DNA from: Lytechinus pictus
Taxonomy: Eukaryota
Assembly (NCBI RefSeq): GCF_037042905.1
Contig: NC_087252.1
Coordinates: 12,340,001-12,404,000 of the forward strand
DNA length: 64,000 bases
Direction: 5' to 3'
A program made the translations under genes and the position numbers. Each line of letters starts with the position of its first letter. The stretch's first letter is position 1. The notes under the pieces are model-generated. The model saw only the letters and a list, made by a program, of their open reading frames with translations. It ran no database searches and had not been told where the DNA came from. This document shows, piece by piece, positions 1-14,411 of this stretch.

Positions 1-339
1 ATTTTAGTGAAACAGTTTAGTCTATGCATATCTTCATGAATATTAAGAGAGTTAATTGATGGTGTACATACATGTAATCCCCACTTGTTCTTTTGTATTT
101 CATTGCATGAAATTATTTTTTATTCAATTTATATTCTCTTTATTTGAAAGCGTGCTTAAAAATGTCTGGTTTTCATATTGGAATGACACATATTTTCAGT
201 TCGCGCTTCGCACTCGCTGCGCATCATTTCCTTAGCAAGACACCCATCCTTTTTTATGATTATTAAAAAAGGGTAAATATTCCCCTGCAAGTACAATGAT
301 GATGCTGCGCAACGAAAGTCCGAAACTAATTTGTGATTT

Positions 340-3300
340 TTGGATTCTGGGCTTCAAGACGGTGGCCTCAATGTTTCACTAAAATCGCCTTTGGTTTCTT
401 CTTTTCATGAATTATTGTTTGTAATAAAAATAATTTTGTTCCTGAAGATTGCTTACCAGTATTCGATCTGTTTTCCTGTTGCAATTTCAAAGAGTGAAGG
501 GGATAAAATTAATGTGACTCGAATAGTGGATCTGAAATCATACCTCCCAACGCTCTCCTCGTCTCGTTCTACGTTTCATTTTTCTATCTCCCTTTTCCCT
601 CCAAAAATAACCTTTCTACCGATTACTGTTCGTCACAATGAGAGAAAGTAAACTATTTTTATATATTGCAATTATACAATCTAAATTATAATTGTTTTAT
701 TTTGTTCTTTCATTTTATTCATTTTTTACCGTTCTGGGTTTTTTCTCAACCGAAAACAAAAGTAATAAATAAATCATGAAAGATGTATATCCCGTTTTGT
801 CTCTATCTTTTTAATCGTTCAATTAAATAGTACAGAGGCGTTGGAGTCTGTAGGAGGTGTCAGTCCACCCCCCCACCCCCTCCATTCAGCAAAAGTATAC
901 AAAAACGCAAAGTCCATAAACTTGTGATTTTGTTTTGGCCGGATCACTCCCTCTCACATTCAGCTAATCTATAATTCTTTATAAGTAAATATTCATGCAA
1001 TAGCAAAAGCGCACATTATGGTTTACATTATACCTGTTTGGTCTATATCCTCTTTTTTCCCCTCTCATCCTGTCGTTTCATCATTCTCCTATACATGTAT
1101 CTCGATTTGCATTTTATATTCTTTTTTTAATCTCACTTGCATCTTCCTCCATCCCTATGTGTATCATCACCCAAGGGAAATTGTATTTTTTATGAAGAAA
1201 GCACTGTCATGCTCAAGAAGAAAATGTTCTTGCCATGTCTTAAGCGCCTGCATGTTTTGTCAATAAGTGAGTAAGCATTTACTTTTTTAATTTTACTGTC
1301 GTAATATGAAAAGCAGTATTCCTGAGATTTTTTTGACTTTCTTTTGTTTTGAGTGCCGAGATCAAGAACTGCGTGGACGTTTTCACTTTCAAAAGAGCAG
1401 AGGATAAATGGTGTTCTACATTGCTTTATTTTCTGTTTATTTCCTTTGAAATAGGAGACAAAAATAAGAGCAATAAGATGAGAGAACGAGAGAAAGTGGG
1501 GAGAGGTTCAAAAGTATACCAGGGGCCCGTTTTATAAAGCTACTGAAATCCTTTTATTTGACTGGCGGATGGTAAATTTGTTTAAATCATAGCGCGTTTG
1601 TCAATATAAAATGTACATGTATTTATAAAACGGTACCAATTAGGGATTTCCTCGTTTTCCCTTTCTCTGGTTTCTAACCTGTAACATAATGTATTTTTTA
1701 ACGCTTTCATTCCCTTTCTTATATCTTTCGTCTTTCCATATCCCCTCCCTTCTACACCCTTTGTTTTCTGAGTTCTTCTCATTTAAATTATATCTGTATC
1801 GTCTTCCTTCTCCCCGATTTTGATTACGAGGTATATACCCACCCCCATCCCCCTCAATCCTTTCTCTCAATTTTTTTCTTCTCAGTACCTGTCATTTTAC
1901 ATTACATCTTACGTCTCCCCCTCTCTCTCTCTTCATCGGAAACGGTTCCGAGAGTATGCCTCGATTTTGCCAACTTGTATTGATCGGAGATGGTTGCATT
2001 TGTGGGCCTCTCGTCTAATTGCAACGTGGTCATCATGTCGACAATCTAGGGCCCCCCCCCCCCGTTTCTCAAATTAATATCCCGAAAAACCTTTTAAAAT
2101 CACTATTGTAACTGTCACTTCACAATAAATTTAATATCATTTTCCATTTTCTATATTGATAACGTAGGTAGATATCTTTCGCAAAAGACAAGATGAGGAT
2201 CATCGTATAAAAATGCACGACTAAACTATTTTTTGTGAACTTGGGGCTTAGGGTTATGGCTAGACAGAGGCCTCAATCTTTCACTAAAAGACATTATTGA
2301 GATTTTTCCATAAATTATATGTATCATTTAATTCGATTTTCCACGCAGCTATGATAATAAAATAATTTTGTTCCTGAAGTTTGCGCACCGGTATTCAATT
2401 TGTAATATCCTGAAATTTAAATGAGTAAAAGTGACTAAAATTGTAAGTCTGAAATCATACCTCCCAACTCTCTTCTTGTCACTTTCTACATTTCTTTCTT
2501 TATCTTACTTTTCCCTAAAAAAGAGCCACGCTAGCAATTACTGAAAGTAAGAGAAAGTATTTTTTCTTGAATATATTATATAGCATCCGCAATCAAAAGG
2601 TTTTTTTTTTTTTCTTTCGTTTTGTTCTATTTTTAATTTGTCTCATTGATCACAACCGAAAACAAAGTAATAAATAAATTATAAAAAAACATTCCTAATA
2701 GTTAGAATTCATTTTTATCTCTATTGTTTTAATAGTTTTATCTAATAGTACAGAGGATGCGGAGTTGGTAGGAAGTTTCAGTCCTCACCCCTTTCAGCAA
2801 ACATGTACAAAAAATCCGAAGTCTACATAAATTTGTGATTTTTTTTTTGCCAGTCCACTCCCTCCCATATTCAGCTCAACCCCTCCATTATCAAAACGCT
2901 CAGCGGTCCCTGTTTTTATTTTAAAAATCAGATATTTTGGTTTTGATGCTAACCAGGGTAAGCGCCCCAAATGTTTGCAGTAACGGAAACATGTTTTTTT
3001 CTATATGAATTTTTTCTACCACGCTATTCGCCGGTAAAAAAAAAAAAAAAAAAAATTCGCGAAAAAGTAGGGAAATCAATTAAATTTGGGTCGGTATCAA
3101 CCCTTTTTTTTGGGGGGGGGGGGGTGTAGGTCAAACATGAATAAAAGTTTGTAGGATTGAGAGGGTTCTGTCGGGTGACACGCCAGACAAACTTGTTTTC
3201 TTTATAGTGGGTGCCTTAACGTAATTTCTCATCATAATTATATCATTCTACATGTATTTCCTTCATTTCAGGCGAGGAAACTTTTAATTCATTATTGGTT

Positions 3301-4440
3301 TAATCATTTGAAGCGATTATGTTTCCGTCTACTTTTCAATGCAAAAAGCTTCTAAAACCTAACCTATTATAAATTCATTCTGTAAAATGACATGAATTAA
3401 AAAATTTAGATTTTTTTGCCGATTCACCCCCGTCCCACAGCTCAAACCCTGCACCATAAAAAAATTGCTGTCCCGGTATAACATAAATCTTTTTCCAAAT
3501 ATGTTGGTTTGGATGCTAACCATGGTAAGCGCCCCAAATGCGATTTTTTTTTTCTTGGTCGTAACGGGGAAAAAACTTGCCAGGACGGTCTTTATTATTA
3601 TCTTTTCTACCGCGTAACTCGCAATAAAAAACAGATAATAGGAGAGAGGAGACAAACAATAAATATTACAGTGTAGGTCAGAACATTTCCATCGGGGGGG
3701 GGGGGTTGGCTAGGTCAAACAAGAATAATAATAAAAAGTCATCAGTTTGACAAGGGTCTGAGGACCGAGTTGCGACAAACAAACGTCTTGGGATTTTTTT
3801 TTTAATTAATCTAACAAAAGAATAAAGTCATCTTGTTATTCGTTTAAGTAGATATTCATGGAAATTTAGCAAAAGCGCACTTGTCTATTTCCCCTTTTAT
3901 CTCTGTCTCTCATTGTCTCTCGTTCTCCGTGACATCTGAACATTTTTTTTCTATCATTTCCCTAAATGATTCATCTTTCATCCTTATATGCATCATCACC
4001 CAGGGGAAGCGCTTTTATGCAATATGAATCAATGACTGATGTCATAAGCACCTGTGTTGTCGGTAATTGAGACAATTTTTTTTTTCTTTAGATACGGTAT
4101 GAAAAAAAAGTATTCATAAAAACTTTTTGTATTGCGAAAAAAAAGTACGAAAAGCATTCAATAGGTAATCCTGCCGATAAACACTAATCTTCCTTTTGTT
4201 CGGGGCGTTAATTGACCACCTGTATCTTGCTCTTTTGGAAGGAATTTGTTTGAGTGGCCGCCCAGACATTCTTTTGTTTGGGTAGTGCCGATACCATGAA
4301 CTACATGGACGTTTCCCTTTTGAAAAGAGCATAAGATGAATGGTGTGCTAAACTGCTTTCTTTTCACTTTTTTCAGAATAGTAGACAAAAATAATGAGAA
4401 GAGGGATGATGGGGAGGGAAAAAGTTCAAAAGTGCACCGA
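340..4440. repeat. Old diverged local duplications
   Basis: About 340-970 resembles 2245-2880, 980-1520 resembles 3845-4440, and 2930-3200 resembles 3500-3780 (shared anchors such as ggcctcaat.tttcactaaaa, tctgaaatcatacctcccaac, tagcaaaagcgcac). Confidence 0.75.
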
Positions 4441-5060
4441 GATCAGCTCAAAGTACTAAGACATTACAAGCTTTTTGTTTTTCTGAAAGTATAATTGATC
4501 GATGAAACCAATGAGATATCATTCTATCTAGAGTGATATCTCCTTGATGAAACAAATAAGACGAAAATGGTGAATAAACGCGTAGCTTATTACGTGACGA
4601 TCTTGCAGAAAAGAGTTTAGCTTATCTTTCAGAACAACGATATGGATCAAATCACGTGATCAGAACAAATCACGTGATCAGGCCTAGTGCGCGCGCGTAC
4701 GTGCACGTCACAAAATTTATCCTCCCCGTCTGACTCCAACGAAAAATTCGGGTAAAGTTGAAATAATTTCCTATTTGGGGGATTTTTCCCCACGTAGCTG
4801 TATATTTTTTTCATTTGGTTATCGAAATAGGTTCATAAAGGAAATAGTGGCAGAGGTTTTAGTACATTACAATTCCGAAAAAGCTGAAAAACTTCATCGA
4901 ATTAAACCAAACAAATCTCGGCTTCTGTAGAAGCCCGTCGTAGCGAAGTGAACAACTCGCTGGGCTTCTGTAGAAGCCCAGTTACAAAAAGTTAATAGAA
5001 TGTCCCGTTTTGGGGTCTAAATCTCAAAAAGTGCGCGTTTCACATTTGCAATAATTGTTT

Positions 5061-5123
<63 letters not shown>

Positions 5124-7129
5124 ACACACATATATATAGCTTGTTCTTAAATTAAAACGTTCATAAATCTTTTTTTTTTTCAGATCAAAATATTAAAAAA
5201 TTCAGTCGCATCAATTAAGATACCCATCCTTGTAATCGGTAAAAAGAGTATTTAGAATGTCAAGCTTTCAGTCAGAATACGAGAAAAAAAATCAGCTAGC
5301 ATTTTGCACTCGCACTAATAATTTACTCAGATAACATTCTGATCATTTTTTACCAAAAAAAAATGCTTAGAATTTCAAGTTTTCAATTTGACTATACAAA
5401 AGTTTTAGCTCGCGCTTCGCGCTAACATTTTTGATTGGTGAGATGTCAATCCTCTTCATGAGTCATTGCAGATAGTTTCTATTTCCTTGGCCATGAATGC
5501 TTAATTATTTCTCTTTCTTCCCCTTTCTCTCCACCGTTTCTGCCGACTTCAGCATTAGACAAAGCCATGACACCTGTTCTTGAACTAGAATCGTACTATC
5601 AATCTCAGCAAAGTACAGCAAAGAAGTGTATTAACTTCCGTAACAATTACTGAAATAACTTTATATAGCAAAGGATATTAGAAATGTTAAGTTCTAAAGA
5701 AGATGCCAATATTCATCATTTGTTGTATGAATTATTTAAAATTCCTAAAGCATTAAATATCGTAATTATCGGGAAATTGTTTTCTTTAGCAATTTTCCCT
5801 CTTTTTCAAAGTGATGTTGAAAATAAGTTGTGTAATAATAATTTGACAAGGATGAATAGCTATGATTTTTATGGGTACCTAGGTGGAGAGTACCTTATAT
5901 GATTTATATCTGTATGATCTGGAGTGATTCAGTAAAGCACAAATTTGTAGCATATTAAAGAAAAAAATGTTACGGAAGTTAATGTCTTTGTGCTTTATGG
6001 TCCAACGTGGTCCTTATTTAGCAGTCCTACCTTTGTAAACTGTCTTTATCATGAAAGGTGTCTCTTATCTTATATAATACTGAATCCTTAACACAGAACT
6101 GCCAAAGTGCATATTTTTAAAGGTGCGTTACGGATGTTAAAGCTATTTAGTCATACATTTATATTTTTTTAATAGTCCTACATTTCCGTGTAATACAGGA
6201 AACACATATAATAATTCCCTATCAATTATTTATTAATGAATATCACTCTACTTGCAGACACATTATCATATAATATCAGTAAGTTTGAAAGGGAGAAAAA
6301 ACTTGTGGCACTATTCGTTACAGAGGTTAAAATGAATTTGGTACAAAGTTAAAAGTGAAAATAATCATTATGCAGATATTATGATTTTTTGACTGCTCTG
6401 TATTTTTCAGGCTTATGAGATATGTTTTACTCCCAGGTTTCATACTTTGACCAATGTTCTAACCATTTTCATTCAAATATTATGACCAGATGTTGTATTT
6501 AGGAATATTATCTATAGTTGCTTAGCAACTGTTGCTGTACATGGTTGGCATGTTGCTTGATATGTGATTGTAAAATTGGCACTTAGAAGTCAAAATATAT
6601 TTTTTTTAATATAGATATCACCCCAAAATGGTTGTTGCTAAGGTAAATATGTTACCTAGGAACTGTTGCTATATGAGGAGAAATCAGGTTGGCACCCCCG
6701 CTAAAAATGTTCAGCACTGTTTACTCTACCTGTCAGCCGAATATATGCTTGTACCATAATTTGAACAATTCTTTCTATTTTTTGCACCAATCATCCAGAC
6801 TATAAGCGCAATAGGTCAGACGTTTACACCGAATACAGACTACTTATAAAAGAAAATGATAATAAAATCTAAAACTGACCAGAGACAGTGTCGATTCTAA
6901 CAAACAGCAAAAATAAAAGGCTTCTGTAATAAAATTAGAGCTTTACTAGTCACTGGTTGCATATGCTTTGTGGAGCTAGTCTATCAATGTCATTGTCTTG
7001 ATAATATTTTTGTAGAAAATGTTCAGGGTTGTGAAGCTAGCGGCCATGAGATAGTCGAAACACGTTTTTTGTGAATTGTAACATTTTTTTGAGAATGACG
7101 CAAAAGAACAAAAAAGACCTATTCCCTAC

Positions 7130-7477
7130 CTTGTTCAAGAACTGCCAATCGTAAAGAAGATAACCCATTTCCACGTTTTGATGTCACCAAGCATTTGTAC
7201 TTTCCACTGTCATGTACAGCCAGATTTCGTATAGCCAAACTCACAGTACTATCTCCATCAAACGTTATGTTGATTTTTTTAGGGTTGGTAACATTACTCT
7301 GGCATATCCCATTCTCGCAGTCCAGTGATGCCAGAGGGGAATCACTTCCATCTTTCAATCGTACTTCGCGATCGGGGGCCTTGGGTGAGTAGGTGCATAT
7401 AAGGGTTGTATTTCCTCCAACTACAGGGATAGTATCCACATCTGCTACCATGAAAACGTGTATTTCCCCATAGCAAC
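7130..7477 (-). CDS. V-set-like immunoglobulin domain exon (downstream exons not found in window)
   Basis: 348-nt phase 1-1 exon (TAG|GT...G|GTAGGG). GGNTTLICTY (B-strand Cys), VSLAIRNLAVHDSGKYKCLV (D-x-G-x-Y-x-C F strand). Confidence 0.85.
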
Positions 7478-8334
7478 CTATAAACAAAATCACAAATGTT
7501 AAGAAATTCGAACAATACATGTCAATTATTCAAATTTTGCTCTACTTAATGTATAATCTCAATTTCAGTGGAGGTTGCATGTCATGTATTTATCTATTTA
7601 TTTAAATTTGTTACTGATTTCTATTATTGGGGTATGAGTCTAATGGGCTCCATGTTTTATTCATGTCATTACTGCTATTTATTAACTGTATCCATAGTTC
7701 TGCCCCTGATTATAATGTTAATTTATTTTCTGACTCCAAATTGCTCGGTGTACGGCCCTTTTTTAATAGGGGTGCCAAGAACAACCCCAGACATTTTTAT
7801 TAGGCGGGGTTCTTCACCCCCCCCCCCCCCCCCGCTTCCCATGGTCCTGGCTCGCTGTTCCAAAATCTGAGAAATCATCTGGATTATTTGCTGGACATTC
7901 ACTGCGGAATCAATTGCCATATCGCGATATTCGCAATATTACAAAATGATGTTTTAAATTTGCTCTCTACCCATCCGTTTCAAATTGCCTTCTAATAGTT
8001 TTCATTCATTGCATAGACGTGAAGAAAATGAAATGCATAATCCCGAAAGATAAAAAAACATCAAGTTTTGAATCACGAGGCTTCAGACACAGAATGACGT
8101 CATGAACATGGGGTCGGTGAAAAACATTTTTAAGCTCGATAATTAGAGCTGTTCTCAAGCAAAATACCCAGCCGACAAGCGCTGAAAATGCACAAACCAT
8201 GCATTCCTGTGTTTTTTGTGCTTTGTAGTTGAAAAAGTTTACGATTGTTCGATGGTTTGTCAATTTCACGTTTTGGTCCGGTTTAGCCTGTAATGTTTAA
8301 AGCGCGGTTAAAATATCAATTGTAGTCGACTTAC

Positions 8335-8389
8335 CTTTACGGCTGGAAATAGAAATTAAATAGATGACTGGTAGAAGACGAAATACCAT
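8335..8389 (-). CDS. Signal-peptide exon of Ig-superfamily gene
   Basis: ATG at 8389, MVFRLLPVIYLISISSRK, phase-1 donor G|GTAAGT, joins in frame to the Ig exon. Confidence 0.7.
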
Positions 8390-8726
8390 CCTTTTAGATT
8401 TCATTTTCTTGATGCGAATGTTCAAAGATGATTGCTTAAAATCAACTTAAAATTTATTCAAGGAAGTAATAAAAAATATTCCGGTATAGGACACTGCAGT
8501 GTATACTGCATGTCAAAAATGACATATGTTGCAATCCTATTTGAAAGAAAACAATTTAATGCAATCGAAACTTTGTTCGCTCTTAAGCATGACATTAATC
8601 TTGGAAGGATTTATAAATCATTAAAAGCAAAAGGGGGATAATATTTATCGGCCATGGATAGAACAGTTACTGTATATCCCTCATAGTACGGATGGAAGTT
8701 TGAAAGACGACAAAGAAATGTAAATT

Positions 8727-9544
8727 AAGAGTTTAGTTGCAAAAGGGCTTAGGTCCACTTTGGACCATTCTGAGAAAACCCTGTTTTTTATTCTCACTTA
8801 CTGCAATATTCTTATGAGAAACTAAATTGTCATGATGTACTACTCTATCATGTGAACATAAAATTGAGTATAAAAGAAATCTACCTGTCTTCAATTTTTT
8901 TCTATAAATTATTTTAAAAATTATCATTGTGGACCTAACCCCTTTTGCAAGTGAACTGAAATGAATCGAATCTATTTTGATTAAAAAAGTGATTTTTCTT
9001 TGCCACTTTTATTCACGTTTTCATGAAAATTTCAAATTTTCTTTGTTTTCATCAAAGCGACTAAAAATTTAGACGTTTTGAGACAGAAAACAATAAAAAA
9101 ATTTAACAATGGACCCAACCCCTTTTGACAAATGAGCTCTTCAGAAGAGTTTGTTTGCAAAAGGGGTTAGGTCCACTCCAAGAAAATATTTTTTTTATTC
9201 TCCTATATTGCATATTCTTATGCGAAACTAAATTTTCAAGATTCCCTACCATGACAACATAAAATTGGGTATAAAAGAAATCTACCTTTATTCATATTTT
9301 TTGTAATATTCTTTTCCTAAAAATTCGGTGTGGACCTTATCCCTTTTGCAAATAAACTGAAATGGACCTAACCCCTTTAAAAAAAAAAGGTGATTTTTCT
9401 TTGCCATTTTTGATCACTTTTAAATAGGAATTTCAACTTTTCTTTGGTATCATCTTATAGAGCTACTAAAAATCTATACATTGAGACCAGGAAATCAAAT
9501 TTGATGAAAAATTGACCTAACCCCTTTTGCAAGTGAGCTCTTCA
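8727..9544. mobile_element. Head-to-tail dimer of a ~400-bp TIR element (MITE)
   Basis: Units start gaagagttt.tttgcaaaaggggttaggtc and end gacctaaccccttttgcaagtgagctcttc. Junction near 9143. Confidence 0.75.
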
Positions 9545-10148
9545 AATAGAGCGTGTAAATAAAAAAGATCGTTTGTATATTATTTTATACTATTTTATGA
9601 TGTATGATTTTGCATGGGTTATATTGAAAAATTATGTTTTGTGAAAATGGAAGAAAATAGATGCTTATTTTAATTGAAGAAAATAGGCTAATAGTAACTA
9701 AGAGGTTCTGGAGGCGAGATTGGGATTGGTCATCGGGAAATAAGTGGACCGACTTGGGAGTGACCCTCTTGGGATTGGCAACATGAGCCAACTAACTAAG
9801 AAAGTGGACTAAGGAGCTAAGCTTTGGCTTTAAGATACGGGGCACAGTTTTGGAAAATACTGGCTGTGAGCGAGGCGAGTGAGCTGAAAATTGATCAATT
9901 TGATTTTGTACCAGCTCTGTATGTAAAAACTCAAATCCGTTATATTTTAAGTATTGTACTACTTACTGTCTTTGTATTTTTGTTGGAGGGGGGGGGGGCA
10001 ACACACATCCACCATTATGCCAATTCACCCAGGGTCCCATAACACAAATATTCAAAGCCCTTTTAAAAATTTGGTACATTCCCTAAAAGTACATTTCACT
10101 GTTCCAGTCCATATGTCTTAAAGCTAATATTAATGTGGATGATAGAGG

Positions 10149-10204
<56 letters not shown>

Positions 10205-11212
10205 CGTCATTGATTTTCTTCATTTTTTAAAGAAAACTATACTTATCAATTATTGAATTGGTGAATTAGATTGAATTGAAATTGTTGAACCTGATTGGCA
10301 TCTGCTAATATTTTGTTCAGTGCAAACAAGCAAAAAAGTACATGACCACTGAGTAGGTATGAAGCTTCAGCATGTTCAGGATATAATATTCATATTTGTC
10401 TTTCTAATGTTCAATCGTTTGTAATGTGTGAAAAGTGTTCGTTTTAAAGAAGAATAAAACAGTTAACAAGAGAGGGTGCTAGACATAAAATTTACAAATC
10501 CAATACAAAGGGGAGAGGATGGTCAAGTGCCCCCTCAAGCCCCCATCTACACGCCAGTGATAAGCAGTGTAAGTATCATTTCTCTTGAAATGGTTATGAT
10601 AGTATTTAATTGTATTCTAAGTGGTTTCATGCACAAAACCTTGAGCACTTGAGGACTATACAATCAATGCAAAGAAAGATTGATATTGTTTTATTTGAAG
10701 TGGGGCGGGTCCAGGGGCAGGGGGAGTGGGCGTACCTCAGACAGAGATCTGCACACAAATAAGAAACAATGCGGTATCCCACATCCAGGCGTGTCCACTT
10801 TTGAAAGTGACGACGAAAAGGTCCCTAAAAATCCTTTCGATTTGGCTCGTTTAAAGAGGGAAAGGTCTCCGATTTTGACGTTGAGGCCCATCCCCTTTTG
10901 CATTATTTTAAGGGATTTTTTGCCAATAGAAAGTGAAAGATTTTGAAGTGAACTTCATTTTTTCTTTCCAAAAATATAATACGTTCTTCCCCCACCCCAT
11001 TCTGAAATCATAGTTCCGCGCCTTTTGAAGTGTCTTGTATTGTTTATCTAACTGACCTTAAATTTAAATTTTGTCACATCACACCAAAAAAAAGGGGCCT
11101 ACAAAGTGCTTTTGTGTAAGCTTCTAAAAGAAATAAATTCATTTCCTTCCATCAGTTAAAAAGCGAAGAAATGACCCAGTAAACACAGTTCACAATTCAT
11201 TTTCACTATGAT

Positions 11213-11229
11213 TTTATTTACTTTTTATT
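11213..11229 (-). terminator. Candidate poly(A) signals of the transmembrane-protein gene
   Basis: Two TTTATT (AATAAA on -) hexamers about 3.2 kb downstream of the stop at 14412. Confidence 0.3.
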
Positions 11230-14200
11230 AATTTAGTGTAATGCAATGTATCCAATATAGTATAAAAACATAACACTATTCATTTGCCACTTATGTTTAA
11301 TGGTTTCACAATCACACTTATGAATCATACACTACACAATCGATTTTGTATTGCCTCTGTGCGTATATCTGAACATATATATTTTGAAACACATTTATTC
11401 TTAAACATAATGGCGAACCCATTCCACAATTAGTGTAAATATTCTCGTGTGTTTATGTATATGCAGAACATAAATGTGTAATGAGATATCATATTTCCAG
11501 AAGACCATAAACCCGGAAATATGGAAACAATTTCTTCAAAACATTTGTATTTATACAGCAACGTGACATTCATTTACAATTGAATGCAAACCATAATCGA
11601 CATTAAAGCTCTTTATAAATAGCTATAACTATCTTATTTGCAAAAATACTAAAACATCAGATCAATACTTCTTTCGCCTGAACAATAATCTTATTTTTAT
11701 TTAATGAATTAATGACGTATTATTGTCTTGAGAGCACATGGCCATGCATTTACGCCCTAGTAATATTAACAATGTGGAGCTTTATTGCAATACAGTTTCT
11801 AAGCGCTTTAGAATTTAAATTAAAAGTAAAAAAAAAAAAAGTAAAGCATAGTAAATGTAAATAGAAAGTATAAATTATAAGTGTACAAAAAATGTGGTGC
11901 CATCTTGTTATAGTAAAATAAAGTGCAGGAGACTTTAGTGTTATTCAATTCTTAATGGTTGTGTCATAAGTACTTTTGATTTTTATTGATCATCCTATTT
12001 ACAATTTAAAGGCAATAAGAGTGCCAATACACATCCACATTCAACAATATAGGCTCCGTTACACAAAGCTTTGCAATCAATCGCTAAATTCCAATTACCA
12101 ATCAAGATCGTCGTTGCAGGCGCACTCTGTTTAAAATACTGACCGGGAATCAATCGGCGCGGTTCTTTTATACTCGCATTTCATCGCAAACCTTTGTGTT
12201 ACCACGGTTACGGTACCCTGAATTGAGATTGTGAGAGTTCTCGAGAATTTCGAGATTTTGACAGATCTCGAATAGTGAGGGTTCACATTGTAATGGTCAG
12301 TCACACCGGAGAAGCCCACTCCAGGGTCCCGTAACACAAATGTTATTGATTGATCATAAGCTGGATTTTCACGACAGGCTGTACATTGTAATCAATGCAA
12401 TCAATCATAAAAAACGTGTTCTACGATGATTGCTGAGCTTTGTGTTACAGGCACCAGAATTCTATCACGTTATAACCAGTGACAATCCATCAGGAGGTTT
12501 GGAGTCGATTTTGTTGATGTGAATGAAACGAAACATAATGTGATTAAGGTTGTGAAAAGGAGTGGAAGAAAGAATGTTTGGTGAAAAATAGGTTGTGAAA
12601 ATCAAATATAGGCCTATATATATATACATATATTTACAACTTTAAGAAATCGAAATCGTCATTACGAAAAGAACAAAGTAAATTTACATTAGAGAACACT
12701 CCATACCCTACATCGATACCATTATTTTTCAACTGCTTATAACCATACAAGTGTCTTCAATCTAGTTTATCATGTTTATATACCCCTTTAATGTACATTT
12801 GTTTGTTGTTTGGTCTTATTACTGCGCTCAAAACAATACAATGCATAATATCAAATGTGCATGTTTACATGTACAATATACAAAAATAATCCATAGTATA
12901 AACAATAAAGTCATAATACATAATGAATCCAAAATAACATGCAGGAAGTAAGAATAAAAATAAGTGAAATGCTCAAAGGCCTATATCTATTCGGATACTT
13001 CATACCACTTGCACCTCTTTAATCATTACGAAAACTGACTGGTTCTGCCTCCCCTCTATTCAACCGTTGTGAACACTAACACTTGCCTTTCATTTTCATT
13101 TTCTCTCGATTAAACTAAATTCGTCATTCCATAGTCATGAGTATCTCAGCACTTGAATCTTTCCCATGCATAATTAACATTTTTTTTAGTTTGAATGAAG
13201 ATTGTCATAGAAATTATATCTTTTTAAAAGTTATGTAGGCCTCTATGTTATCGGATACTCTGTATATCTACCGCTTTAATCATTACGAAAACAGACTGGT
13301 TCTGCCTCCTCTTAACCCAAACGTTGTGGATACTTGTCTTTCATTTTCTCTTCCTCTAAATTGAATGCATAGATTCGTCATCCAGGAGGTTATAAGTATC
13401 TCAGCACTTGAATCTTTTCCTTTTCAATATCCAATCTTAAAAGACCAATTTTAAAGCTGGGCTCCTAGCTAGGAGGTCAAAGGGGCGAAGTCCTCAGCGT
13501 GCTATGTGTATATGACCTGGCTGGCAATCGAACCATGTAACGACTTCCTCTTCATGAGGTGGAAGCTCACCGCTAAGCCACCAAGTAAGCATGGGTTACT
13601 GACATAAATATATCTGACTAAATATCATTAGGACTAAACTATATATTATGATGCAAGATCTTTCAAGGTTTCGTTTAATTGAATAGATTATATACGTATT
13701 CATTAAGGGATTCAAATTCAATGCAATTTATGTTTTAAAACAGATGAGGTTATAAATGAATCTAAGAATTTACAGAGTTAATGATGCTTTGATAGAATAT
13801 GCATTTATTCCATAAGATCATGTTTTAAATGGCTCGTAATCTGAACTAGAATTTAATTCAAACTCTAGTCTAAAGCTGTTTAACTATGGATAGACAATTG
13901 TGACGGGTATTTCTAACAGTACAAATTCAATTTGTCAACTCATTTGACACTCAAATCATTCACAACAAACTGAGAATAAGTATTACTGACATAGTCCTTT
14001 TTACAATAAAAACCTGAGGATGATTTAACACAGGGTTAGATAATGTCCTTCAAAATATGGGTCATTGTGTCTGCACGTAATGACAGTGGTGTTAAAGCTA
14101 CATAATTCTGTAAAAGAGGGCCACAGCAAACATTTAGTGTTTCAAATCATAATGTCAGTCCATCACCAATTAGTTTTGATATGGTTGTAATATATACAAA

Positions 14201-14411
14201 TTATTTCGTGTTATATTCAAACAAGACCAACTACGTGGGCTTTAAGAATGTAGATCTTAAATGTGATATGAAGTCAATCAGCTTTCGTCAGGTAATGGCA
14301 CTTACTGTGGCTTTTATTGGCGATGATTGGGCATGGGCAACGGAACCGTGTGTGAGTTCACATCACCCATCCCCACCCCTCCCTGTGCACCTGTGCACGA
14401 CAGGACAACAT

